DNA of 64,000 nt, from the NCBI GenBank assembly GCA_043228905.1, contig JBHGNT010000018.1, positions 15,686,001 to 15,750,000 on the forward strand, written 5' to 3'. The notes beneath the pieces are model-generated. The model did no database searches and was not told where the DNA came from. It worked only from the letters and a program-made list of their open reading frames with translations. A program made the position numbers and the translations under genes. The DNA comes from Azolla caroliniana. Its lineage: Eukaryota; Plantae; Polypodiophyta. Below are positions 24,561 through 37,368 of the stretch, in pieces (position 1 is the first letter of the stretch; each line of letters opens with the position of its first letter).

Positions 24561-25221
24561 AAACATAGCTTGAGTGGTTTTGCGGACCGGTGCATTTGGG
24601 TTTACAATGTTTCAAGTGGATTTATGTTGATTTATGAGTGCATTTGGGAGTATGTCATATGTTGATTTATGTTTTAAGTTTCCTGTTTCAAGTATATCAT
24701 CCTTTGATTTGGGTTTACGGTGTTTAAAGTGGATTTACGTTCTCTGTTTTAAGTTTTAAGTTTTTTAACTTTTAACTTTTATGTTTTAATATGATTATTT
24801 GTTTTAACATAAGTATGGTAAAGATCGTCGATTTTGAATAATTTAAGGTTGGATTTTGTGACTGTTTGATATGTTATTGTAAGTTTTAAGGGTAATGAAC
24901 AAGCTTATTTGAAGATTTTGGTCGAAATGATACATATGGTTGGGCGACCTGCAACGGTTGGGCAACTTGCAAATGTCAGGGTTGGGTGACCTAAAACGGT
25001 TGGGTGACTTGCAACAGTCAGAGCTAGGCGACCAATTGTGGTTGGGTGACCAACGACTTAGAGTTGGGCAACCTCTGACAACTTTTTTTTTCGCGTGTTC
25101 TTCCTTATCGAAATCTGACGGTGCAGATCGCACGCACCTTCCTCTAAGCGACCTGCACCATTTGTGGCCGCAATTCCCTCGCCAACCCCTCTTTATGATT
25201 TGATGCAAAATAGACACAAGC

Positions 25222-25392
25222 ATACACACCCACACATACATACATACATTACTTTACATACATACATTATACATACATACATATCTATATACAAACATTA
25301 TACATACATATCTATATACATACATTATACATACATATCTATATACATACATTATTACATACATACATAGCTATATACATACATACACTACA
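25222..25392. repeat. (TACA)n-type microsatellite; its other half is at 17702-17780
   Basis: TACA/CATA array split by the MULE insertion. Confidence 0.8.
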
Positions 25393-25443
25393 GTATTTCT
25401 CTGTTTCTCCTTCTGCAGCCAAAAAGACTGAGAAGAAGAAGAT

Positions 25444-28400
25444 ATGGTGGCCATGGCGTCCTTCACATCCCTGCGCCTCCCCTCTCTCCTCCTCTCCTCT
25501 ACCTCTGCTCCTTTGAATCTCTCTCTTCCACCTCCTTCTTCATCTTCTTCCTTCCTTCCTTATTCTCTTTCTTCTTCCTCTTCTTCTTCGTCCATTGTCG
25601 CTGGAGCAGCCCAGTACTCGCGGATCTCAGCTGCCCCTTCCCCGCTCTCTCGAGAATCCATCGATGCCCTTCAAGAAGTATTGCAATCTGCCGCGAAGCG
25701 TGGAGCAGAGGCATGCTTTTCATCCCTCCCCTCTCTTTTGGAAATTTCATGGTAGAAAAATGCATGCAATAGAGAAAATTTCATGGTAGAAAATTTTATT
25801 CTGTAATCTGTAAAGCTGCCGAATTCTTCTGGATTCACGGTAGAACTGAAAGAAATGCAGGGATTCATACATTGAAAACACACTCTTCAGGCCCGCGCAT
25901 CCTAAAGGACATGAAAACCTTCTCAAATTTATGGTAGAACTGGAAGGAAAGCACGAACTCACACCCTACCTTGTCTTAGGTTTATGACATGGAAAGCTTC
26001 CAGAATTCATCATAGAATTGAAAGAAATGCATCGAAAATTGTTGCAATACAAACATGCACTTCTTTTGCATTCTGAGAATGCTTTCTTCCTCCAAAAGCT
26101 ATTATAGCCTGTGACACCATTGCTTATTGTGTGTATTTTGGAAATCCTCTTTTAGGTGGTCATGGAAGCTGTTGATAAACCCCGGAACATCGACTATAAG
26201 GGGAAAGCTGATCTTGTGACCGAGTAAGAGAACACAAACTGAATATCATCCTAAAATGAATTGCAATTTTCCTTCATCATTCTAAAGACAATAGAAAAAG
26301 TTTAAAGTTCAGATGGAAGAAATGACATCTTGCATTCCACCTTTGCCAATTTAGCCTAAGCTATCTGAAAACACCCTCAAGAGAGTCTGATTTGATTATT
26401 TCATTTAACTTGCAGCACAGACAAACGTTGTGAGCTGGCAATATTGGAAGTTGTCAATGCAAAATGTCCAGATCACCTGATACTCGGAGAAGAGGGTGGT
26501 ATTAGTGGCGATATATCATCACCATTTTTATGGTGCATAGACCCTCTTGGTAACTATATGATTGTAATAATCACGAACAGAGCTTTTATAATGGCTATCG
26601 TTTTATTATATGTCTTCTAAGAAACTCATTGAGAAAGGAACAATGTACATTATATTCGAAAGAGTTCAGCGAATGAATCCTACAAATTAGCTAGATGAAT
26701 TGTGACTAAATGTTTTAGCTTTTTGAAAAATACTGTACATGTTTTAATATTGGCATATCCTAATACTATTAATTAGAAACTAAGTTTTTCTGGGATAAAG
26801 TAGATCATACTTGGGCAAAAAGGAATCCGCTTGCTCCCAAAAGTTTTGATATATTGGTAAAGTTCTTCATTATCAACAGGATGTAACAGGGTGACATCAG
26901 CACGTCTTTTCTAGTTTTTGTAATGCTGGGATATCATAATAAATTCATTTAGAAATAATGCAACATAGTATTTTCTGTTCAAATGAAATACAATATGGAC
27001 TAAACATTGCTTCTAGTGCTATGGCATGTCATAGCAACATTGATGTAAAACGAACGTATTTTAAAAGTATGCACTCGTTGAAGAAGGAAAATATTCATTG
27101 ATCTGTATTATTTTTACAGATGGAACAACAAATTTCGCACATGGCTATCCGTCATTTGGAATTTCAATTGGAATCCTTTACAAAGGAAAGCCCATTGCAG
27201 CAACCGTGGTACGTTCATGATAGATATATCAGTGTAACAGGGTGATTGGATTACTTTCTAGTTGGCTGTATATGGAATTTTAAATCATAGTATTTGTTGG
27301 GCAGGTTGAATTTTCAGGAGGACCTTTCTGTTGGGTGACAAGAACCTTTAATGCATCTGCAGGCAACATCACTACTGCCCATTTTTGGTGCTGAATGATC
27401 GCATGCAACTTATGTCGCTGTGAAGTAGGAGAACTTGTTTTATTCTGAGGGGTGCTTGTTTTTCACAGGGGGTGGTGCTTTCTGCAATGGAAACAGAATA
27501 AGTGTCAGCTCTGCTCATGAGGTTGGTATTTACAAAGAATTATCTTAGCTGCAAATTTTCTGCTAATAAGCTGGGCCTTTACAAAGCATTATTCTTAACT
27601 ACAATGTTTTCCATTTTTAATGCTACTCTATGCTTTCCTCTCTATGTAGGTGGAGAAGTCATTATTTGTAACAGGTTTTGGTTATGAACATGATGAACCA
27701 TGGCTCACAAATCTTTCCTTATTTAAGGAGTTCACTGACATAAGCCGAGTATGAGTCTTTACAACAAACTTCAATAACTCTAGGGTTTCTGAATTGTTGG
27801 ATTGTTTTTTCTGAATTAAGTTATAACTGAATTGCTAGGGTGTCAGGCGATTGGGTGCTGCCTCAGTTGATATGTGCCATGTTGCCCTTGGCATTGTAGA
27901 AGCATATTGGGAGTATCGTCTCAAGCCATGGGACATGGCTGCTGGTGTACTAGTATGTCTCCTCTTGACATTTCTGTAATATTAGTCTATAATAAATATA
28001 TGCTTCCTTTCTAGAGATGTCATGCTGTCATTAATAAAATAGAACAATATTCTGATGTATAGTGACTTGTAAAATCATCTGAGTTCCATCATATGCATCT
28101 TTTCTGGGATGTCAACGTGCATGTGGTGTGTTTACATAGTTATCATTTTTGGCCTTAGACAGTAAGTATAGCATCTCTCGAGGATGATTCCAGCATTGTA
28201 AAAGCTCTTGTAGCTTCTTAATAGGGGATTTGGTTTCATAAAAGCTCTTCTAGTTGTTATATGGTTTTTGTACTTGAGCTTTTGATTTTGCATGCAGATG
28301 GTGGAGGAGGCAGGAGGTGTAGTGACACGCATGGATGGTGGAGACTTCACTGTCTTTGATAGATCAGTTCTGGTGACAAATGGGCATCTCCATGAGAAGG

Positions 28401-29044
28401 TAAGATCGTTTAAATTTTCTGCATTTGTGATCTTAGGAATGTGTAAGCTTGGGAGGATATCTATGAAGGTATCTGAGTAAACAATGTGTAAGCTAGTAAA
28501 CAATGCTATCTATGCATTGTTATCTGAGTTTCTCATTGTTCCCCCGAATGCCCTCTCCTCTGTCAACACCCTGTTGAGCACTTATGTGTGTGATCCCTTT
28601 CTTGCTCAATTTTATGTCCTATTTGAGTAATTATATTGTAAATTCATCCCCTTTTTCCTCTTCTATGGTGGGTTGACCAAGGGATTTAGGGTAGTGATGA
28701 AAAGTTAGGAACATTTGTGAGGAATAAAGAAAAATACAGAGGTGTTACGGAATGTTTCCTTGAAAATAAAAGGATGGATAGACTGTATTCAGAACGAGAT
28801 ATCAATGGTTCTGTGTTTCAAGGTTATATCTTAGCCTTTATTTTAAAGATGTCATATTAATCATGATATCAGGCAAAGTTGATTTAGACTAATGCTCGGA
28901 ACTTCCTCCATTGAAGGGGCTAAAGTTGAAATTGTTTCTTTTCAGGTTCTGGAAAGAATTGCACCTCCTAGCAAGAAGTTGGTAAAGGATGGATTTGATT
29001 TTTCTCCGTGGTTTAAGCCTGAGGGCTATGCTACAGATTTTTAG
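25444..29044 (+). CDS. IMPL1: Chloroplast inositol monophosphatase-like protein (IMPL1), 360 aa; exons 25444-25710, 26156-26223, 26416-26549, 27120-27208, 27305-27362, 27469-27521, 27650-27748, 27839-27952, 28298-28399, 28946-29044
   Basis: Ser-rich transit peptide; DLVTDTD, ILGEE, WCIDPLDGTTNFAHG, GVRRLGAA, KPWDMAAG and C-terminal WFKPEGY. Exon lengths sum to 1083 nt in frame. Confidence 0.93.
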
Positions 29045-29302
29045 AAGTTTAAGCCTATTGATAGTAATGTTTATTTATGCAAATAAATCCTTTTTGAATA
29101 GCCCTGTAAATTCAATGACATTCTTGGATTGGCCGCAATTTAATAAATAAGATAAAATTTGAGGGACTCTGACAGTTTTGGTTCTTAAGACAACTTTGTG
29201 TATTGGCTTACCTATTTGAATTCTTATCTATTTCTTATTGGAATTGTAATGAAAACCTCACTTGTTGCGGTCATGCATAGCTTGCTGTATTATTCTTCGT
29301 AC

Positions 29303-29848
29303 CATAACCCAACATGAATCTTGCGTTTCTTTTCTGAACTTGGTGTCCAGATATAAGGGACATTTTGCTCTACTTTGAGATTGTGCAGTAAGCACAATGG
29401 ATCAAAAAATTAGGAATGGCTCCTTTGAGATTCTAGCATACAATTATTCAAAAGTTGTAAACAACATTCAATTGGGTCACACCCTATACAGTTTCAAAGA
29501 ATCTTCCCATCTTGGAAAATTTACACTCGGGCAAAGTGAAAACCATGTACTCATACTAGGTATTTAATTGAAGGACATAACCCAACATGAGTCTTGCATT
29601 TCTTTTCTGAACTTGGGTGTCCAGCTATAAGGGTCATTTTGCTCTACTTTGAGATTGTGCAGTAAGCACAATGGATCAAAAAATTAGGAATAGCTCCTTT
29701 GAGATTCTAGCATACGATTATTCAAAAGTTGTAAACATTCAATTGGGTCACACCCTATACAGTTTCAAAGAATCTTCCCAACTTGGAAAATTTACACTCA
29801 GGCAAAGTGAAAACTACGTACTCATACTAGGTATTTAATCGAAGGACA
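29303..29848. repeat. Tandem duplication, 2 x ~273 bp, downstream of IMPL1
   Basis: CATAACCCAACATGA...GAAGGACA starts at 29303 and 29576, with a few differences. Confidence 0.88.
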
Positions 29849-30887
29849 TTTCGTGCATGTAAATTTTTTTGGATGTTGAAGCTTTATATGTACTTTAACA
29901 AATCTATATTGTTTGTCCCCGAAAAAATAAACTGATTAACACAATGGTGAACTCAGTTCCTTGATAATATATGTAGTTACTCTTGTAGTTGAGTTTTATG
30001 TCATAAGATATAAGATGGGATTGTGTTATAAAACAAAAGCTAGCAATGGTTCTGGTGGAATTATTGCAAACTAGTTTGCCCATCACAGAATGAATTGTCT
30101 AGTTAATTTTAAAATCTACACAATTAACATAGGGCCATGGCATCCTGAAACGCTCAAAAACTCACAAGGCAGTCTTTGATTGGTCATGTTTACATTACCT
30201 ATCAATTAAACATGGATTTTTTTGCATATATAGTACCCATCACTGACAATGAAGAGAGTTTTTCTAACAGGTCTAAAAAACAACATAGCACCTTGAAATT
30301 GTCACAAATTCATAAGATACTTTTGATTGGCATCTTCTCACTATCAATCAACCCAAACTTTGAAATTTGTTGCATATATAACTATAGATTTCCTGATCAC
30401 ATTCTGAACTCATGATTTAGAGAACGGTCTGTTAAATAGGATATTGTACAAAGCCTCGAGATGATTCAGCAACACAGGTGAATACAGAACTTCCAGGATA
30501 TAAAACCAACATAATTTATGATTTGGGGTTTTTGAGTTGCAGAAGAGGGAAAAAGGTTATATGTCAAGGACCTGCTTAATGAAAATATTCAAGGAAGATT
30601 AACAAAAGGGAATGGGAAACCAACATTATAGCCCCATCTCAGAGTCTCAAACTGTAAATAGCCATGGAAAGCTCCCAAGGCAAAGAATGTATACATATCA
30701 TACCCTAAGACACCTCTTTCCACTGTTATAATGAGAATTCTCTTTAGGATTCCCAATCGTAGAAGAATATGCATAAGAGGTTCAGTCTCTGGCATTGTGC
30801 ATAGTTGTATGTCAGGTTAGTAATAGCTTTGCAGCTGAACGTCCACCTATAGTAGACCACATGAAAGTTTGTTATCCTATTCAACGA

Positions 30888-33800
30888 TCATTTCCCTGAT
30901 CTTTTTTGCGAATTGGGTTTCTTTGTAGTCTTTCTTGTACTGCCAGTCTACACAAAACATTAAAAAAACATTAGTGGTTAAACGAGGAACACACATCTAC
31001 ACTCGACACTAGAAAGAAGAAACTGCTACCTTGCCAGCAGCTTTTGTTGCTTTTGTTTTTGACTTCCCAATCTTCTTTATTGGACCTTTTGGAGTTTTCT
31101 GATATCAATTCAATACACAAGTTACTGCAAATATTTTTTTCATGTCTTCCTATATTAAATATCAACGTCACCTCATAATATTAATGACTGAAGGTGGGTT
31201 AATGATACATCTGGGAAATTTTCTACAAAGAGGAAATGATAGAATAGGCACAATGTAGAGAGGTAGGCAAAGCAAGCTGTGAATAAATGGCATTGTGCGT
31301 TTTCTTGACCTTCTAATGGTGTGAAAAAACCAAAAGGACAGGAAAAGTTGCTCCAATGCTCAAGCATACCATATGTTTATGATGCAATTTAGAAGTCTGT
31401 AATACATACCAAAGGTTTTTGTTTAGGTTGCTTCTTCTCATCTTTAGAATCAACTCCAGGTTTTGCAACATCATCAGCTACTGGTATATACTCTTTGTCA
31501 TCATCAGACTCAAATCCAAAACCTTCAAGAGTCCCTATACCACAAATAATGTCAATAATAACACTTCAGAGAATAAATTCTTATGGAAAACTCTTAAGCA
31601 AAACTCTTATCAAACATATGTACTGATTCTCATTAGGTACAACAGTTCTCTTAGGACTCGAGGATATATAGTGCTTATCACAAACCCATCAATTATTTAT
31701 AAAGATGGGACATATAATACTTTTAGACTCCAGCATCCATATTATAGGGAAAACTATAGCGTTGCTAAATTTGTATGTTGACCTACATAAACTGCACCTT
31801 CAATCATTGTTTCGCTCTCAAAAACATTTGAACTTGGCTGCAACTGAACAAAGTCATTCATGATAGCCTCCACCTGGGAAAAAGTAGTTCCACACACATA
31901 CCACATCATCAATAGAAAAATATGAATCCCCTTTCATTGCAAAAGCATAAGAATTAGCCTTTCTCATGTACCTTTTTATATTCCTGCTAATAAGTAACCC
32001 TACTAATCCCCAGCTTTCTCATACAGCTATTTAATGATCACTAAGTTTTTGGTATGAAAGAAAATCACCCTCTAAATTGGAAAGAGTTCACATCTCTTTA
32101 AAACCATTAAGAAGTTAACAAATAAATCACTTTCTGAAAGCCCTGTCTTTATACAAGAGAGAATGCGTCCACACCACCTCAATCTAACAAATGATTCAAG
32201 GCCTTCCTTACTAAGATCTTGAATTCAAATATGTCAACATGATGCTTAGCGATAAAGCTTCTGCTTTGCAAACTAATATTGGGGGGTGCAATGCAACTGA
32301 CATTGCATTCATATGTTTAGTTTTTTGACCGCATATACAACAGATTATTACTCAGCATCAGCTTTACAAGTTTAAACTGCACAGCTCAAGGATTTATGTC
32401 AACAACGTCAATGGCAGTGAATGCTAACAACAACAGCACTTCACGAAATTACTACTGATTTTGATGTTTAGAAAGTGATTAGGTGCAATTCTTCGACATA
32501 TGAAAGAAAACACTCAATCTGTCTTACTGTCATTCATTCAATCAAGATCTCTGATTTGGTTATCTCGAAACAGCTAGAATCTATCAGTCAATCCATTACT
32601 TCAATCATATTCAATTAATCTCCACTAAAATTTTCTTAATTGATGCTATTCCAGTTCAATATCAAAGGTAATTCATATTTACATTTTGACAAACAGAGAA
32701 CATCTCAGAAGATCAATGACGGAGAAATAAGCTGCAAGTCATCAAGCGTTACCTTGGCTTCTGTCTGCCCAATATTCACCTGAAAAAAAATAAAAATATG
32801 CAGCACTTAGTAAGTTTGAATAATGCATAGAACAATAAATGAAATATTTAATGTGTTTGAAAGCAAAAAATACCACAAAAAACGTATTGGAAGGTACAAT
32901 TGTTGCCTTGTAAATAATACCTGCAGATATTTTAAGAGGGCGAAATCAATCTCAAAACATGATCCACTGACAAAGTGTTGGCTTACCAAAATATCAAAAT
33001 TCCCATAACGTTTGAATATATATTATATATATTCTCTAACAAACCATATAATGAAATCAAAAGATTTGCACTCAATCAACTAGACCATAATTAACCTGGA
33101 TACCAATAAGTTATCTGCAGTTCCTTTGAACCTTAGAAGAACAACAACATATGCTTCACAATGATAAATAGATATACGGGTATATTTGTGTGTGTGTGAA
33201 TGTGCATGCATAGTTAGTAATTACATGAATAAATATATTCTTTTGACAATGGATAATATAAAAAGTGATTACCTGTGAAGGCATGAATGCTTGTGTGCAA
33301 AAACAGAGATGTACCTTTCAAGTCTAGTAAAAAGTCATCGTTAGAGTTTCCGGATACACAAACCCGACCAACTGCTCCAACATCACCACTTAAATCTAAG
33401 GCATCACCTTCACACTCAAGAAGGATCTGCAAAGAATTAAATTAAAATATCATTTCCAAATATTCAAGGAAAGAAGTGGTTCTGAAACAGGCTAGACTTG
33501 TATTTACCTTAGACCTGTGAACCTTATCTCCCAACACCAAAGGAAGACTAGACAAAACCTAATAAGGGCAAGAGGATATAAGATTAAGTCATAATACAGC
33601 CATCAGATATTATAAATAAAGAAAGGAAGAGATACTCACACGTTTCGACCGTCTTTCTTGCACTTCTGCTGTATCTTCTTCTGGTGCTGCTTCATCAACC
33701 TGGACAAGAAAATCACATCCTTATTCATGAATGTTTGATATATCAATCTTCAATTCTATACAAATGGATTTATTGTAATCTTACTTTCTCCTCTATCTTG

Positions 33801-35321
33801 GGCATTTCTCCAATGGGTGATTGAAAAATCTCAGTATTATCCATTTCCGTTTTAGGAAACCCTCCAATGGGTGATTGGAAAAAATCCTGCGTTTCCACAT
33901 CTTCTTCTGCCTTAGCTGATGATTTCTGATGTGATTCTCTGTTCCCTAAGCTATGATTGCGTGCGCGTTTTGATTTAGGCATTATAGAGAGGGCTCTTTC
34001 ATCTTCTCCACTCTTATCAGCATCAGAGTCTACATCCAAAACTCTTGCTCTATTTCTTTGGAGAGGCTCAGCTGAAACAACCTCCTCATTTGAATCATCA
34101 TCTTCAAGATTTCTTTTGCGTTTTTGTTGGAGCATTGAAGATGAGGGAGAGGAAGAAGACAACGTTGCAAACTCCTTCAGGGGTGTCTGTCAATGAATGA
34201 CAGCAATGAAACAGTCAACATTCTCAATGAACATAACACCATGGCAGATAACAATTTGTAGACAGCTGAAAATTACAATACTATCTTAATCTACAAATTC
34301 TCTATAATTTTAATTATCTGGGAGATTTTACAGACAGAAATCCTTCAAGTCATATACTATGTTCATACGATAGGTTTACAACATTGGAAAAGCGATTTTC
34401 ATTGAGATGAAGTTACTTTTAAGCCATCAATGATAAATAAAATCTACCAGCAGTTTTGTTGTTAAATTTAAACCAGTTCTTCTCAGTGAATAACTAGTAG
34501 TGTGTTTTTTGACATACAGAAACCCTTGGCTTCTCATAATAAACCATTCGTTCATGTTTCATGATTTCTGATCTCCATCCAATGATTTTAAGCAGTTAGT
34601 GATCCTATAGCACAGAAGTTGCATTGTTTCCCCTGTACTGCTCTACAAGTTTGCAATCTTTGAATTCTGAATCCAAATAGATAGTTTCCCAAAAAGGTGT
34701 GCTTATATTTCAGACTTCTATTATTGATGTAAAACAACAAAAATACTTTTACACTCCAAATCCAAATGCCTTACGAGAATTGTCCAAAGATCGCAATAGA
34801 AATTGGAAGAATGATATTTTACTTCCCTAAATTCTAATCAGTTCTTCCTAAAGAATTCGCAACTCTTATCTCGTAGACAATCACTCTAGCATCACGAATC
34901 TTGATTTCCAAATAAAAAATGACTAACTTATGGGTTGTAGTTATGATTGAATGTGCAAGCCATTGCCAGATTTCATATACCTCTGAAGAAAACTTCTAAA
35001 GATACAAAGGAAAAATCTGTTATTAAGAAAGAATGTGTTTTCACATCCCTAAAAGCTTGTTCACCAAGTGTTAGCTACAATTTTCTTTGCATTCTAAATG
35101 TAGCAGCTAGACGAACCATAGCTCCACAAGATCACGATGCACAGTCATTTATTATCTATGTGCAAAACAAAATGCAAAGGAAAGGGACGAAATTTCCCGC
35201 GTTTTTTCCTGTCAAAACACTTTTGTAGATAAGGTTAAGTGTAGTAGTATAAACAAAAAAAAGGAACCTGGAAAGAACGAAGCCAGTCTGGTGACGTTTC
35301 TCTGTCAGGAGGAATCTCCAT
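30888..35321 (-). CDS. BIN4: DNA-binding protein BIN4 (topoisomerase VI complex component), 360 aa; exons 35321-35268, 34186-33785, 33699-33640, 33558-33508, 33426-33315, 32920-32874, 32779-32753, 31873-31798, 31534-31410, 31098-31030, 30947-30888
   Basis: N-terminal SPDWLRSF; LPLVLGDKVHRSK, LLECEGDALDLSGDVGAVGR, DLKGIIYKATIVPS, GQTEAKVEAIMNDF, ETMIEGTLEGF; Lys-rich tail. All introns GT-AG and in frame. Confidence 0.9.
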
Positions 35322-35389
35322 AGCCAGAGAAAGAGATCAAGGAGCCGGAGTCTGCAGGATCGATCGCGTAAGTACAGGAAAACGAGAGT

Positions 35390-35398
35390 TCTTCTTCC

Positions 35399-35430
<32 letters not shown>

Positions 35431-35433
35431 TTC
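35390..35433. repeat. (CTT)n microsatellite upstream of BIN4
   Basis: Direct reading. Confidence 0.85.
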
Positions 35434-35449
35434 GTCGAGTATTTGGTTT

Positions 35450-35770
35450 TGGGAAATTTTAGAAATACCCCTGAACCATCTATGTATTCTGATTTTATCA
35501 AAATACCCCTAGATCATATTTTTCAATTTACGTGTATACCCCTCCTTTGTATTTTCCAATTTATCAGAATACCTGGCCCTTGTATTTTCCAAATTACCAA
35601 AATACCCCTCCCTTGTATTTTCCAAATTACCAAATTACCGTCCTTTGTATTTTCCAAACTACCAGTATTTTACCATTTCCTAGATTTACCTACCCCTCAT
35701 GCGTATATTTCTAATTACCTCTATACCCCTATCACGTATCTTGCAAACTTACCGAAATACCCTTGTTGTT
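35450..35770. repeat. Array of TTACCAAAATACCC-like motifs in the BIN4 upstream region
   Basis: About ten same-orientation AAATACCC / TGTATTTTCCAAATTACC units. Confidence 0.6.
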
Positions 35771-37368
35771 TTGTTCCACACTCTATATGCATCTTTTGTA
35801 TTTGATCAGCTACCACAAGGCCTTGATATGCTCGTCCAAACTCTATTCATATGTCTTCCTTTTTTTTTAGTAACACTTTTATTACTAGTGGGAAACCTCA
35901 AAGTGAGGTGAAAACCCACAAAGATTTTAAGAAAAATATATAAGTGTCGATTAGACACTAAAGAGCTTAAAAGCACTCAATTTAAAGATTGTAAATTTGC
36001 AGTGTGATGTCTCTAAGTTGTAGACAATCAAATAGAGATTGCTTGAGGGCTTGCTTAAAGAAGCTAACTTCATGCAGTTGGTTTCGATCAAAGACCTTAT
36101 TATTGTAGGCTATCCAAATGGTCCAGAGTGCCCAAAATTGTGTCCATTGGAGAAAATAGGAATTGTTGGATAGAGCGCACGGAATTTGTCCAAATAGCCA
36201 AAAGTGTTTCCCAAACCTTCAGCTAGGAAATCTGTGATAAAGAGATGCACTTAGTCTTTGTACAAATGATGTAGTGAATGAGCAAGTCCATAATAAGCGT
36301 CGGACCGTTTCCAATTGTCACACAAGCATTGTTATGCCCTACTTCCATATATATATATATCTTCAAGTTACCAACATATCTTGAATGTTCCTCCATACAT
36401 TAAATGCTTCCATGTATTTGGCGGATTACCAAAATAACCCATCTTCCCAAACACCCCATGTTCCATAATATAATACACTTGTATGTTTGAAATTACTAGG
36501 ATAAGCCTAATTTGATCCACAATATGTCTCTATGTATTTGAATATTACCAAATTAACGTTAAATTTTTTCCATACTATGTGCGTACATGGAAGCACAAGG
36601 GATCAATAAAAAACTTGTCCATTTATACACACTAAAAAAGCAAGTTGTTTGTTGTCCCAATTGATCTTTAACTACCAAGATTTACCCAACACATGTATGA
36701 AACATTTACGATATTGCGCTTTTTATCAAGGATATTTTATCAACGTAATCATCAAATTGTCTATGAACTTAGCAAATTAGGCATCTAATTCTTTCAATTA
36801 CAACATTTTCCCACTTTCAAACCACAATTAAACAAACTAAGCTTTTGATATAGGGTGAAAACCAGTGTTGGGCAAAGGCTCTAGCCCCTAACTAGAATTA
36901 AAAATGTTTAACCAGCCACTTTCCTATAAGCGATAATGTCAACCGGAACATGTTGATTTCTTTACCTTTTGTACATACCAAATCAAACAAAATAAATTAG
37001 CGCATACCAAATTAAATAAATCAACCAGAACAACTACGTCAATCACTCTAGTAAACCGCATATCAAGTTTAAGGAATTAAACAATGAACGAGAAGTTGTT
37101 TGGCTCGTGTCAATGATTATATTTGGAATTCTATATGTAGCATCCAAACTCATGACTTCATGGTCAGACGAAAGGATATAAACCCACTTTCATTGGAACT
37201 AACCATAATGAAATATAGTATGGGAGCATAATTTTTGGGATCTCTATATGCCATGAAAATTATTCTCTTCCATAAACCACTTGACTAAGTTTGTTGATTA
37301 ACAAGATTCATAACATTTAGCTAATTGAATGCGGATATGGATATACAAATGCTTGTTAACAATCTTCC

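Larger units (their letters stand above)
17781..25221 (+). mobile_element. Mutator-like element (MULE) with ~150-bp TIRs, carrying Ulp1-like protease and transposase
   Basis: Inverted repeats 17781-~17940 and ~25060-25221; G...C ends; 10-bp TSD ATACACACCC (17771-17780, 25222-25231); MULE DDE/SWIM ORFs inside. Confidence 0.88.

Noticed and set aside
30888-35321. BIN4 and IMPL1 models both total 1083 nt
   Set aside because: Coincidence; the proteins are unrelated.
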